Assembly (NCBI GenBank): GCA_051362555.1
Contig: CM120642.1
Span: forward strand, 11,346,001 to 11,410,000
Length of the DNA stretch: 64,000 nucleotides
Direction of reading: 5' to 3'
From: Lingula anatina
Taxonomy: Eukaryota > Animalia > Brachiopoda
The position numbers and the translations under genes were made by a program. Below the pieces are notes generated by a model. That model saw only the letters and a program-made list of their open reading frames with translations. It was not told where the DNA came from and searched no databases. Of this stretch, positions 1-12,359 are shown in pieces (within the stretch, counting starts at the first letter, position 1; each line of letters opens with the position of its first letter).

Positions 1-515
1 CCATGGAAATCATCCATATTGTAAATAACCGCTTTGAGTGTAAATGGGACTCTTTGGCACTTGGAATTGTAAAAAGTTTCATGGACAATGAAGACCATTT
101 CCCTTCATCATGATGATCTTGGCAACAGTTCTTATGGCAATACACAATTTTCACTGGATTATGTCCTATGGTGTTATATCCAGGCACTTCTCTTTGTTTC
201 ACATGTCCAAGAAGTAGTATGTTGCAAATGTCAAGAGGTTTTTTTCCCTGTTAAGATCCGTTTTTGGAGAAGTTTTCCATAATCTTATAGGAAGACTGTT
301 TCATTTAAAAACATTGTGAAGGTCTGGCAAGTAGCCTTACCTAACAATCAATTAGAAAAAAGCAAATACATACAAGATCAATAGAATGAGAGAGCAAAAT
401 GTTATGCCATAATTATCCTTCACAAACATTATAATGAAACAGTCTTGAAAAAAGATCTATGGATCAACTCCAAATTAAACACAGAGGCTAATCATCTTTA
501 TCCCTGAAAACTTAC

Positions 516-3500
516 TACCATCTTCCTCCTTGCTTAAATTTTTTATTGTTTTAGCACAGTTGTTCTTTTTTAGTAGTTCCACTGAGACTGGCATCTGTTG
601 ATAAACTTTAAGAATCTCCATCAAGAAAGATGCACTGCTGGAGTCTGCCTTGGCATCCTGAAGCCAGGTATTGAGTAGATCCCAGCCTCCTTCTGATATG
701 AACCTGTAATGAGATATAATTATTAAATGACTGTTACACGGCCACTGCATTTAAGATTCAATGAATGCTACAAAAGTTCAATGTTTTAGCACAGCTATCA
801 CTTTGATACTGAAATGTTATTAGAACTGACCACCACTGCACTAGTGATAACTGTAGAGTTAACAATTACAGCACACAAAATCAAGTATCTCATTAAGTTA
901 CAGGATGGTATTACCATAAGATCACTTTTGGAGAAGCTGAGCACAATCAGGTACAGTATCATAAAAGTTGCCAGCAACTTCACTTAAATCAATATTCACA
1001 CAGAAGACAGCTCTAATTTCAGGGGCAACAGAAGCTGCCTTTTTCATTTATCTAATTCCCATACACGCATTACGGGCAAGCTTGTATTATCTGTACTTTA
1101 GTGGTATTTGATAGAAGTCTACCAGCAATCAGAATCAGTATCTAATTGGTGAGTATTCAATAAAATTTGCAAATGTGGACAGTTAAAATGTAGAGACTAG
1201 CACCAATGAACCCAAAACTCAGGGTGTATAGAAGCGAAAAGACCAAAATTATTCTATTTATGATCAAAGAAAAGAAATCATACTTGGAAAAAACATCAGT
1301 GTGATTGGCAACTTGTTATTCTGCATTGAAATTACCAAAATGTTCAATTTTGGTTTTAGACCTAATAACCTTATTAAATTTTCTGCATTTTTTTTTTTTT
1401 ACTTTTTCACTTATATTTTTGTTCCTTTTTAAAATTAATCATCAAGTCTTTTCCATAAGATTTGTAATAATTACAATTTTTGAAATATTACATTTCTGAT
1501 GCATTCTCAACTTCCTTGTAATTATTCTCCACAAAAGAGCTCCAACTTTAATTGGTTATCTGTCTAGTATTTGAACTCCACTATAACGACTTAAGCAAAA
1601 TTTACTCTGCCAAAATAATTAAAAGCATTGAGACAGATCAAAAAAAAATCTTGCATTTCACTCTACCAAGAAGTGACATGTACATTTGCATAGATTTATT
1701 ACACAGAAATAAATTTGGGTGAACATATTTTCTCCTAAATTTGGTTACACAATCTAATCAAGGATCAAGAACCCAAAAGTTAAACACTACCTTCATCAAG
1801 TCATCAAATATTCAGATTTTAGCAAATCCAATAATGGCTTTACTTAGAAATATAAGAGTTTTTTTATAAGTTAATGGTTGAACATTCAGACTATAACAAA
1901 ATATTTCAAAACTTCTACAAACTCATATTACAAAATAAATCCTTTTATTTCCTACCCTTACCCCCCCCCCCCCCCCCCCCTTTACACATAAACATTTACT
2001 ACTTGAAGAAAAACATAGTGAAGTAAAAGGACATACTTTTCTAAAATCTCCTGCTCATTGGTTGCTCTAAGAATATTGAGATAGGTGCATCTACTGACCA
2101 TCTTGCTGGCATCCTTCATGAGGCTGAAATGAAGGCAAAGCATTCTGAATTACTATCCTAAAAGTGAAGCAAGTAGGCAAATTAACAAATACCCTGTCAT
2201 TTTGAATTCAGCTGAATCAATATCTAAAATAATGTTTGAACAATTTCTGATATAAATAAGTTAGTAGGCCCAAACACCACTGCACAATCCAGGCAATTCT
2301 TACTTCACCATCCTTTGCACTGCTTCTTCATTAAGAATGCTGCCATCCTTACCCACCAGTGCTGACAAGCCTTGTAACAGTCCATGAGGATCTATGGGCC
2401 CCTGAAAAACAGAATCAATATCTGCAATCTGGTGGCTCTAAACTTGAACAAGAAATTGATTAACATATGAAAATTACAGCAGTGTTCTTAAAATACTACT
2501 TTGCGAGGCTTGTGGGATATTGTGAGAAGTGAAGGGCATTGTTTTTTTCAACACACAATAAAGTCTTTTGTTGAAGATTCAATGATACAAAATATTTTAT
2601 TTGATATGAGGGACATTTGTCAAAAAAGTTTGGCGATTTCCAATAGTGATCTTTTCCCCAACAGATTCTTATAAAATGATCTTCAGACTGATGAGACTTA
2701 GGACTCATTTTATAATAGATAAGACAATCAGAAAAATAGTTTTCAACCTTCTTACTTAGATAACTAAACCTTTTGAATAAATCCTAATCAAAACAGGGAA
2801 CATACCAAATAAAATGCATGCTTGATATACATCATAATTTTGCCTTGTTCGCACAACACAGAATCAAATATCTTATATCATACCTCAACTATAAGCATCC
2901 CTCAAAAAACTTTGGGCCCACCTACCCGTTCAAACCACTTCATGTTCTACAAGGTTATTAGGCTCACCTCATTTTTACATACCGTCCTAATCACAACATC
3001 AAGCATCATAAATGAAGTTCAAACATTAACAACCAAAAAGAAAAAAATTCCAAGTTAAAGAATTTTATTATCTTATCACATTGCACGCCATCCGATAATT
3101 TGAATATTCCACTGTATATCACTGCACAGGTTTTTCTTTGGCACTTTGACAAGAATGTAAACCTTGCTTGTAATTAAAAGTCACTCACTTAAAAAAGAGA
3201 GAAAGACTATGCAAGACCTAGAAAATATTTTAACATTAAGTATTTATGTTTGTTTTATTCAAGTATTTTCATCATTTTTTAAATTAATTTTTAAAGAAAA
3301 AGTTCACTTCAAGAATTAAGGGAAATGTACTGAATCAGGATTAAAACCCATTTTGTCAAGCCTTCTTGTAAAAAAAGAAATTTATAGATATAATCTCGTT
3401 TGGATACTTTCAGTCAATGATGATCATTGTCAATTTTTTTTATATAATGAGTGAAAAGAAAGCATATATTGCAAGCCCAAGAGCAATATGAAAATGGATG

Positions 3501-4409
3501 ACAAGATGAGACAATTTTCTCTTTATTTTTTGTCTTATGGATATCATTATTATTATTATTATTACTTTGACTCTGTGGAATTAATTTAACTAATATGAAA
3601 TTATTAAAAAAAAAAAAAACGGTAATTATTTTTATTTTCTACACAAATTGCCGATTGACCCAAAGTTGATGAATTTAGTGTTTCAAATTACAGCCGACAT
3701 TCAAGAAGAAAACAAAATTTTCTTAGATCCTTTTTTTGTTTTTCACTACCTAAAAAGAAACCAACTTCAACCATGCCATTTATTCGTTTAAGATGAGCAA
3801 GCAGATCAGAAAGTACTTAATGATTTTTTTTTTCAGTTTTTAATTTCTATTCATCTAAACTGCACGAAAAGGAGATACTATTCCAGTGGGTTATCTTCTT
3901 TCAATGGATTTTCATATTCTTTTTTTTTTCCACAGTAACTAGTAACCTGGTGAGTTAGTTACATAATGCAAAAATAGACATGCAAGCTCTGAAAACTAGT
4001 TGTGAAAAAGGGCCCTCTACTGTTGTTTAAAGCAAACTGCCAGTATCAAACAATGGGTTTTTACAGAATCTTTTATCTCAATTTTTTTCTTCCAAAAGGT
4101 GAATCATCAACGTTGATCATGTCCCAATTCTTCTTCTTCCTCTCATTCCACAAAAATTTGGTGCTTTTTGTCACAGAATATTTGGTGGACCCAAAAAGTA
4201 TAAAATACTGATATACAAAATGTCTTTTACAAACTTAATCCAAATAGGCATTTAGGTAAGCCGTTTTTGACATGCTCATTTTGTTAAATTCAGATCGAAA
4301 AAATTACCATGTTTTTTATCATTAAAGATTGCATCTGCAGTCCTTCACACCCCATCAACTCATTTTCTTCTGCATGTTGAGTATCTGGACTTTGTGTTTC
4401 AGGTATCAT
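516..4409 (-). CDS. PPP1R10: PP1 regulatory subunit 10 (PNUTS), N-terminal TFIIS-N domain exons; gene continues off the left edge
   Basis: Phase-consistent GT-AG exons 2401-2304 ([32 protein letters not shown]), 2123-2037 ([28 protein letters not shown]) and 703-516 ([18 protein letters not shown]...[16 protein letters not shown]). These match the recalled PNUTS N-terminus (GPIDP...[19 protein letters not shown]...GGYKLLNNWL). Start is uncertain: exon 4442-4308 ends ATG|gt in frame with GPIDP, and its first in-frame ATG is at 4409. Probable non-coding exons at 6834-6630 and ending at 6972. Confidence 0.92.
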
Positions 4410-6959
4410 AAGGAGACTTCAGGTATGCTTATTTTTGTTTTTCTGAAAGAGAAAAGCACAAAATTAAGTTTCCAATATTGATAAAGTCTAAGTCAATATT
4501 ACACATATACGTAAAAGATACCCCCACTCAAATAATTCTACAGATGTTGGTTGTTCTACTTTTAACCTTTGGCAGACATCATTTATGCAACAAGAATAAC
4601 ACAATAAATCATACCCCTCACATTCAAAACAATAGCTAGTTAAAAATGAACACAAATATTTGAACCAACCAAGTTAATATTTCACTCAAGAAATTTGTGT
4701 CAAGCTTCATCAACCTGTGCTTTCCATCTCAAAAGACCATCCATTTTTTTTTTAATATTTACAAGGAACTTTTAATTAGCAAAGCAGTTTAATAGGGCAC
4801 AAAAGACTTAGGAGAATTAACCCATTAAAGCCTTCACTTCGACATATTTTAGACAAATTTAAGGACCTCAATTTTTAAATGTTTTTTGAAAATCAGACTG
4901 CTTTTTCAATTGAAGAATGAAAAGACTATATTTTAGTGAAACAATTTCCCTCCATAGCAATAGTTGTTAACCTTGGTCTTTGCAGCATACGTTCATCCGC
5001 CAGACTTGGAATGCTAAGATCAAATTATTTGTAGAGTTTAAATAGGTAGTGGGACATGACCATTAGTAAATCTTGACCATTAGAAAATCCTTGATAACAT
5101 GTTACTTTTGCAAAATTGGTTTTTAATAGGGGAATGGTCTTGAAGCATAAGGCTGTTCTTGACAATTTTCAAACTAGATAAATTTTGGGCTTCTATCAGC
5201 AGATATCTCAAAATTGTACTATTTACATGATTTTTCCCTCACGATTAACATCTTACTTTTTTATGATTAATCCAAGGACAATTTTTTTTATTTTACAGAT
5301 AAAGAAAGAGCTGTGCAGGGTCTGCCTAAAAATAGTAAACCAGCTAACACACCTTAACCCCCCCCCCCCAAAAAAAAAAAAAAAAAAAATTCACTATCAA
5401 GAACTCCTTTTAAGGTCTGTTGCTCACAATAATGACCCAACAATGGTAATTGAAACCAGAATAGAAGTTTGTTAAATGTATCAAAAAGATAAAATGACAT
5501 TCGCTTGTCAGAGTCAATAAATGTTGATCTTGTGGTGCCAATTTTAGAAATTATATAATAGTGTATAAACAGAAAGAAAGAAATCCAGTACACTACTACA
5601 GATGAAAGTATTTGGAGAGGTTTTAAAAATCTGCCATATAAATAATGCATATTAACAAGCATACTACATGAAACAGTAAGGAAAACATTGCCTTAAAAGA
5701 AGGCATGTACTGCATACATATCTATCTTAATGGGGAAAAATATGCAATGTTGCAACACTTGCAAGCGTTGTGTGGAAAATCTTCATTGGATTTCCTTATA
5801 TCACGTCCTGAAAATTCTCCCTCATGTTCACAGTGATCTTAGTTCTTTCATTGTGTGCTTTGGCTTGATCATATGAACTATCTCTTCATTTTACACTCAA
5901 GTAAAACAACCATGATGCTCATGGTAAAAATCTCTTCCTGTCAATTGCTATCAATAAATTTTTCCAACTCAAGTAAACTGGTTCCTTGGTTAATCATATA
6001 ATGTCAATTTTTAAAAATCAAAACACTCAACTTCATACCATAAAAACTAGCAAATTTTCACTAGATTTCTCCTGCATGTTAAACAGAACATATTACTTTC
6101 ACTCCACACATAGATTTTTTCTGTGTTCAGTGGACAGTTCTACCTTCTTGGTAGACATTTTGTTCAGTAAGTCAGCAAGCTTCCTCATTCAAGATTCTCC
6201 TCTTTCCATCTCAAATCAACAGACCTCGACTTTTCTTTTAGCAGATAGTGGTTTTCTATCTAAATGTTAACTATTAACAGAATAAGTTGCCCCAACAATC
6301 TTAACTTGGGAGATGATCTTCAAAAGTCAGTCAGACATTTTACACGTTCAGAAAGAAAAAGCATTATTCTTTCCGTTTTAATTGAGTAAAATTCCCAGAG
6401 GATATTAAGATAATATTTTACTTGCAGTGAACTTCACACAATATTTTATTTTTTAAATACAAAACCTTTCACCCTCACAGAACATGATTTTAGCACCAGG
6501 TTACCAAAAGCATAGATAAATATGACTATGTCATTCTTATACATAAATGATATCTGCCAGCGTCACGAACATTTCTTTATTTTTTGACAACTCAAAAGTT
6601 AGAATTAAAGATATAAGTTATAAACTTACGTGTTTAAATTATATCCAATATATCTTGATTATTTATAAATATATTATGAAAGAAATATCTTAACAGAAAT
6701 ATCAACCACAAAAGTGAAGCTTGGTGTGTGGAAGGGACAATTTTATATTTCCATATTTCAGCAAAGGACCGCGTTGGTTCAAGGTCAAACGTCTGGGTTG
6801 GTTTCTTGCCCACTACTCGACACACTGTTTAATTCTGAAACAAAAAGAACATAAAAATATAAACTTTTATCTTCTAACTCTATTTCAAACATTAAAAGTT
6901 ACATCTCAACTGCAAGAAATAGGAAAATAGAAGTAATTTCTAAAATATACAATATGTCT

Positions 6960-7270
6960 TCCGTACCATACCTGCTACGCCTAAGTAATGACGTCAGTGT
7001 TGGACGCATGCCAAACGAAGCCGTAAATAGAGAGTAGTATTGAGAAAATACATTAAATTTAAAACATTACAAGATCATAAAAGGTGATTTTTTTTTTCAA
7101 AGCTTTTATGCGTCTTAAGAAACTGAAAAAATTACTTCAAAGGTTGGTTCATTACATTTTTATTTTGCACCTATTTCTTTTTTTCCTTACGGTTCCCTTA
7201 CCTCAACCTGTCCACGTGACACAAGATCACGCATATGTCGCGAGAAAATATGTGAACATTTATAAACAAA
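6960..7270. promoter_or_regulatory. Bidirectional promoter PPP1R10/MRPS18B
   Basis: About 300 bp between the divergent first exons. Locally CpG-rich, with TGACGTCA 6989-6996, CACGTG 7213-7218, TCGCGAGA 7238-7245 and a YY1-like AAAATGGC over the MRPS18B ATG. Confidence 0.7.
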
Positions 7271-8802
7271 ATGGCAGCGGCTAAACTTACCACGAGCATT
7301 TTGTTTTCTCGAAATTTAAACCGACTTGGAAAGGGAATTTACATGTGCCGAAGTGCATTTATGATGAGAAAAACAGCTGTCAATCAGGTAATCGACAGGT
7401 TATTTATGTAATAGATCCTGGGCCTTTTCCTTTAGTGCAATGCCTTACCTTAAATGAAAATTCTACCTCGGCAGGCATGAACTCCCAAGCCAAAAGTACG
7501 TCGGGAAAATAAACAAATCTGACATTTTGCCTCTTTTACGCACGGTACTTATATGCAAGTAGCACGAAGTAGCTACATATCCGCACGCTCGGCTGTCACC
7601 TAGATTGATCAATTGAACTAAATATAGCACCTACTAGTACATGAGTTGAGATTTTGTAAACTTTGTGATTCGAATAAAGTAGAAGATGAGTTCCACCTCC
7701 TGCTAGAGAGCAAAACATATGATTCAATACGTGATTCCTTCAGAGGTCAGCTGTCAGAGTTCCTACCCCTAGGCGACCTCAGCAATAATGAACTGTTTAA
7801 TTTTCTTATGGGTGCTCAGGACATAGATATTCTTAGAATGGTCATGTGTTTTGTAAATGGATGCTTTCAACAAAGAGCCGAGATTTAATTACTGTACCCC
7901 GCAGGGACGACGTGTGGAGAGGCTTGTGAGAGACGGAGAGACTATTAAAAGATTAGGCGGTTTTTCTTTCATGTACGTCCGCCATTTTTAGTTCTCAGGA
8001 TTTGTAAAGCCTGGCTCAATTCGTTGAGAATGCGGTCTTAGTCTCCTATTCTGAATGGGGCTTTTATACCGGTACCTTGACCATAATATCAACTGAAAAA
8101 GTCTGATCAACATGTCTTTTATTAATTATATTTCATACACCCTTAGCTCTTTCCAGTTGAATTCAATCAGGCAAGTAGATGGGTCAGCACATCACCCATA
8201 TGGTGCCAAAAGGATAATGCCAGTGAGGAAGATGAATTAGATGATGACACAGAAGAGGTAAAAGAAGATGGGGGTGTGCATGTTACATTTGCAGAGGCAA
8301 AAGCACCTGTAGAGGAAAGTATCGCATACATGCAGAGTGAAGGTGTGTGGTTTTCATTTTGCAGTTTTCATTGTAATTGAAATGGTTGCATTGTACAGTT
8401 TTTAGGAATTTAGCCCTTTTGTCTGGTTAACTTCAAATATTGCTGCAATTTTTGTGTAATAATTTTTTTAATTCTCCATCATAAAATTACAGTCTTAGAT
8501 GCAAGTGTATTATTTTCAAAAACAAGCTGTGACTTGTTAGACTGATTATTTTTTATCTTTACAGTATTTAAAGAAAGATATGGAGATTACCCTGTGTATT
8601 TCTACTATAGGCGTAACCATAAGGGCAATACACCACCACGAGTTACAAGACGAACTTGCATTGTAAGAAGATGTATAAACATTTTTGAAAAAAAAAAGGT
8701 TACTTTTTTAATGGAAAGTAGTGGGATTATTATGATCTACACCAGCTATTGCCATTGTTTAAAATGGCACCCAGGCTAGTGAAATATGGATCTTACAGGC
8801 TT

Positions 8803-8836
<34 letters not shown>

Positions 8837-9522
8837 CGGTGAATTAGTTCCACTGTATATGCTAGTTTTTTTGGATACCCTATCATTCCGATACTTGACT
8901 ACACAGTAAATAATTTCTAAAATGCAGTTTAATATGATTGTATTGATTTTGACTGATTTCAGAAGGGCAACTTTGTAACAGCGGGCAATCCCTGTCCCAT
9001 CTGCAGAGACAGGTTTCTTACTGTAGACTATAGAGTAAGTTATCAATGTTCTCCTAAAGATTTATTCTTTTTGGTTAGTGGGATTCCTGTTATTTGTTTC
9101 TTAATCTTTTAGTTTTGTCTTAAAACCAAGGAAATTAAAAGAATTTATCTCACTGCAGATAGTCAATTTTACGTGTGAAAATTACAGAATGAAACTACTA
9201 GTGGCAATTGCTTTTATGTTCTTCTTCAGTTCCTTTTACGCGTGAAAATTATAGAATGAAACTACTAGTAGCAATCATTTTTGTTTTTCTTCAGTTCCTT
9301 TTACGCTGGCTGTTGTCATGGCACCAAAAAAGATTTTCCACTAATCTTTTTCACAAACTATTCATTGACAAATTGTGCTGTTGTAAGTCGTGACTGACAT
9401 TATAATCATTTCATACAAAGTCTATGAAAAAGGATTTTTCTTTTACAGAATCTTGATCTTCTGAAACAGTTTGTGTCAGAAGAAACAGGGGAGGTGCTGA
9501 AAGTTCACCAGACAGGTATAAA

Positions 9523-9561
<39 letters not shown>

Positions 9562-11237
9562 CTTCAGTAAAATTACCAAAAATAGTTTGATGCGAGGTTA
9601 TGTTATCATTTGTATATGGTTATGTTGGACTTTAATTTCCTCAACTCACATGAGATTACAGAGAGAGAATTTTTTGTCTGAACATGTCTAAAATAAGAAC
9701 TTTCTGATAACAAAATATCACTTCAATTTTTAAATGCTAGAGTACTAAAGAAAGTGATTCTTCTATAAAGATCCATTGAAAGTCAAATTTTTTGCCACAG
9801 AACCTGGCAAATGCCATCATATAGTTTTGAATTATATAAATATAAAAAGAAAAACCAAAGGGCATTGTTTCCAATTTTCTAAAAAATTATATGTAAATGG
9901 ATATTTTCTGAATCAAGAATTTCAACCAAAATGACCTTTTCTTTATTTTAATTAATTTTTTTCTGAAGGAAATTTATGGCACATTATTGTAACTCCAAAA
10001 TTATAACATTTAGTCCCTTATATCTCCAACACTGGCAGAGATAGGTCTATAGTTACTGTTGAACTTGAATAGGAAGTCATATACTGGCAATCTTAATGTG
10101 ACCTTGAAATTGACCTTTGACCTACTTTTCATCATGAATTTGAATTTTGCAAATTTTGGTTCCCTTTTATCTCCAAAACTGGCAGAGATAGGTCCATAGT
10201 TACTATTGAACTTGAATAGGAAATCTTACTCTGACCTTGAAATTGACCTTTGACCTACTTTACACCATAAACTAAACTTTGCACCTTTTTTAATGCTAAC
10301 ACTTTCAAAACTGGCAAAGATACGCCCATAGTTACTATTGAATTTGAATAGAAAGTCATAAGAGGCAATTTACTGTGACCTTAAAATTGACCTTTGACCT
10401 ACTTTCCACCATGAACTGAACTTTGCAAATTTTGGTTCCCTTTTATCTCCAAAACTTGCAGAGATAGGTCCATAGTTACTATTGAACTTGAATAGGAAGT
10501 CATATACTGGAAATTTACTGTGACCTTGAAATTGACCTTTGACCTACCTTACGATGAACTGAACTTTGATTGTACCATTTTTAGTTATATATATATTTTT
10601 TTTGCATATTTTGAGAATTCTTGTTGATTGCATTTTTTACAGCTTGTCAAGCACAAGACTGGTGGGGGGTCTATACGAATGTGCTTACTCCAGCTAGTGG
10701 TACAATATTCGGAGGCGGTATCGCCTCTCTGATCCTCTGGTTAATAAGTAACTTTGTTCATTACAGGCGTTTGCCGCAAACAACAAAAGAAACTCATATT
10801 TGCAGTAGAGAAGGCAAGAGATTTAGGTAAATCTGCTGTTGTGTCTGTCACATTAACTTTCATATCTACCTAATAAGATATAGCAAGTGAAATGTATGCA
10901 CGCAATTTTAAACAGTTCATGTGGTGTGTGTGTGTGTGTGTGTGCATGCGTGCATGCATGTGTGTGTGGAGAGAGAGGTAGTCTTGTCAAGAAGGAAGTG
11001 CAGTCTTTTTGGAGGATAAGGCATGGAACAAATTAAACTTTTTTAATTCCAGGATTCATGCGAGCCCCATTCCATGACCGCTATTATAATTACAAGGAAT
11101 ACTATCCACATCTGACTGAGAAAGATGTAGTACTGAAGACTCAGCCAAAGCCTCCACGTCCACGCGATAGACGTTTTCTGACATATATGGACATGCTGAC
11201 CAAGAAATATTTGAGAGAGAAATTAAAGTACCAGTAG
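7271..11237 (+). CDS. MRPS18B: Mitochondrial ribosomal protein S18B (mS40), 264 aa, 7 exons
   Basis: Exons 7271-7387, 8147-8342, 8565-8662, 8963-9034, 9449-9515, 10767-10826, 11053-11237 (795 nt, all GT-AG, phases consistent). Encodes [37 protein letters not shown] and [11 protein letters not shown]...KARDLG, typical of S18B, after an Arg/Lys-rich, acid-free N-terminus resembling a mitochondrial presequence. Confidence 0.95.
7646..8120 (+). mobile_element. 5'-truncated non-LTR retrotransposon (LINE) ORF2 C-terminal fragment in MRPS18B intron 1
   Basis: [28 protein letters not shown] matches the CxxC...EDExH...CxxY..R motif at the end of many LINE ORF2 proteins, with the last Cys replaced by Ser. 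Stop at 7888; extent of the 3' UTR is approximate. Confidence 0.7.
9166..9307. repeat. Local tandem duplication, ~69-bp unit x2
   Basis: TTTTACG.GTGAAAATTA.AGAATGAAACTACTAGT.GCAAT...TTCTTCAGTTCCTTTTACG occurs twice in tandem. Confidence 0.8.
9523..9560. repeat. (TTA)n microsatellite
   Basis: Directly visible just after the MRPS18B exon 5 donor. Confidence 0.9.
10015..10698 (+). mobile_element. Non-autonomous Helitron-like element with internal ~132-147-bp tandem repeats (about 4 units)
   Basis: The unit GGCAGAGATAGGTCCATAGTTACTATTGAACTTGAATAGG...TGACCTTGAAATTGACCTTTGACCTAC recurs at ~10034, 10181, 10313 and 10457. The 3' end has an imperfect AAGCAC...GTGCTT hairpin followed by CTAG (10694-10697). 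Confidence 0.65.
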
Positions 11238-11774
11238 CACATGAGAGATGTTGTTTCATTCTGTGACTGAATATTAGCATTTCTTCTAGTAGAACTCGAA
11301 AGGTATTCCCCAACATTTGGTCTTGGCAATGGATTGTGGTACCTGTCAACTTTAACCTTGTACAAGAATATGAGCACATTGAAGTATCAGTTGGTGACTT
11401 TTTTTCATAACAAAATATATGTATTTAACCAATTTCAAGTCTTTCTGCAGATGTTGTTCACAGGGTGATCAAAAAAACTTTTCATTTTTATTTTATTATT
11501 TTTTTCATTGCTTTACTTTAAATATTTTAAGTCAGCTTGTATGTTGTAGTCATGCTGTGTCGTAAAACAGTATGTTAACTCGGAATTATACTACTAGATC
11601 AAGACAAACCCAGATGTTTATGTCTGAATAACTCGGATTAGTGCCAAACATCTAAAAATGCATAGAAACTGAACGTTATTTTCCAGGAATCCTAGACAAT
11701 AGGACTTTCTACATGCCTGACATTAAAAATAGCTCCTTGAAATTGGGAATCTAGTGGTGTAGATCAAAAAAAGA

Positions 11775-11818
11775 AATAAAACTATGGGTTAAGTTCTTTA
11801 CTCATTAGAATCTTTATT
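11775..11818. terminator. Convergent polyadenylation signals (MRPS18B +, C9orf43-like -)
   Basis: AATAAA on + at 11775-11780 and on - at 11818-11813, between the two facing stop codons. Confidence 0.5.
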
Positions 11819-12359
11819 TATAATATATGACCACTAATAACCCTGTATATATTGGGTGTGACAACAATACAATTGCTGTTACTGCCATCTGGTGGGATGA
11901 TGAAATGGTTGTAACTTGATTTATGGACAAGTACATACAACAAATATAATATCAAGATGCACTGTTATTTTGAAATTGCAGGCAATGTTGATATAAAAAT
12001 GTACTATAATGAAAAACATCTAATATCTAAACATAATAAAATATACTGACATACAAAAGTTGATGCTGACTATGCATTAGGGATAAATGCAGTAAAAATA
12101 CACAGATTGTCATCAAATTTTGAGCAAATACAAAGCACTTAACCATGATTACACTAGTCCAGTACATCTGTCTGTTAATGGTGTACTACATATATTTTGA
12201 TTAAGAACTGTAGGCAATGAAGGTTCTACCACATTTCATGAGGACTAAATAATAACCACTGCGAATACAAAATGTGTTAAACATATGGGCTGTATCAGTA
12301 TGTCTTTGCCTTCCCTATACTTTGTTATCTTTAAGAGTTTACTATAGAGTTTACACATA

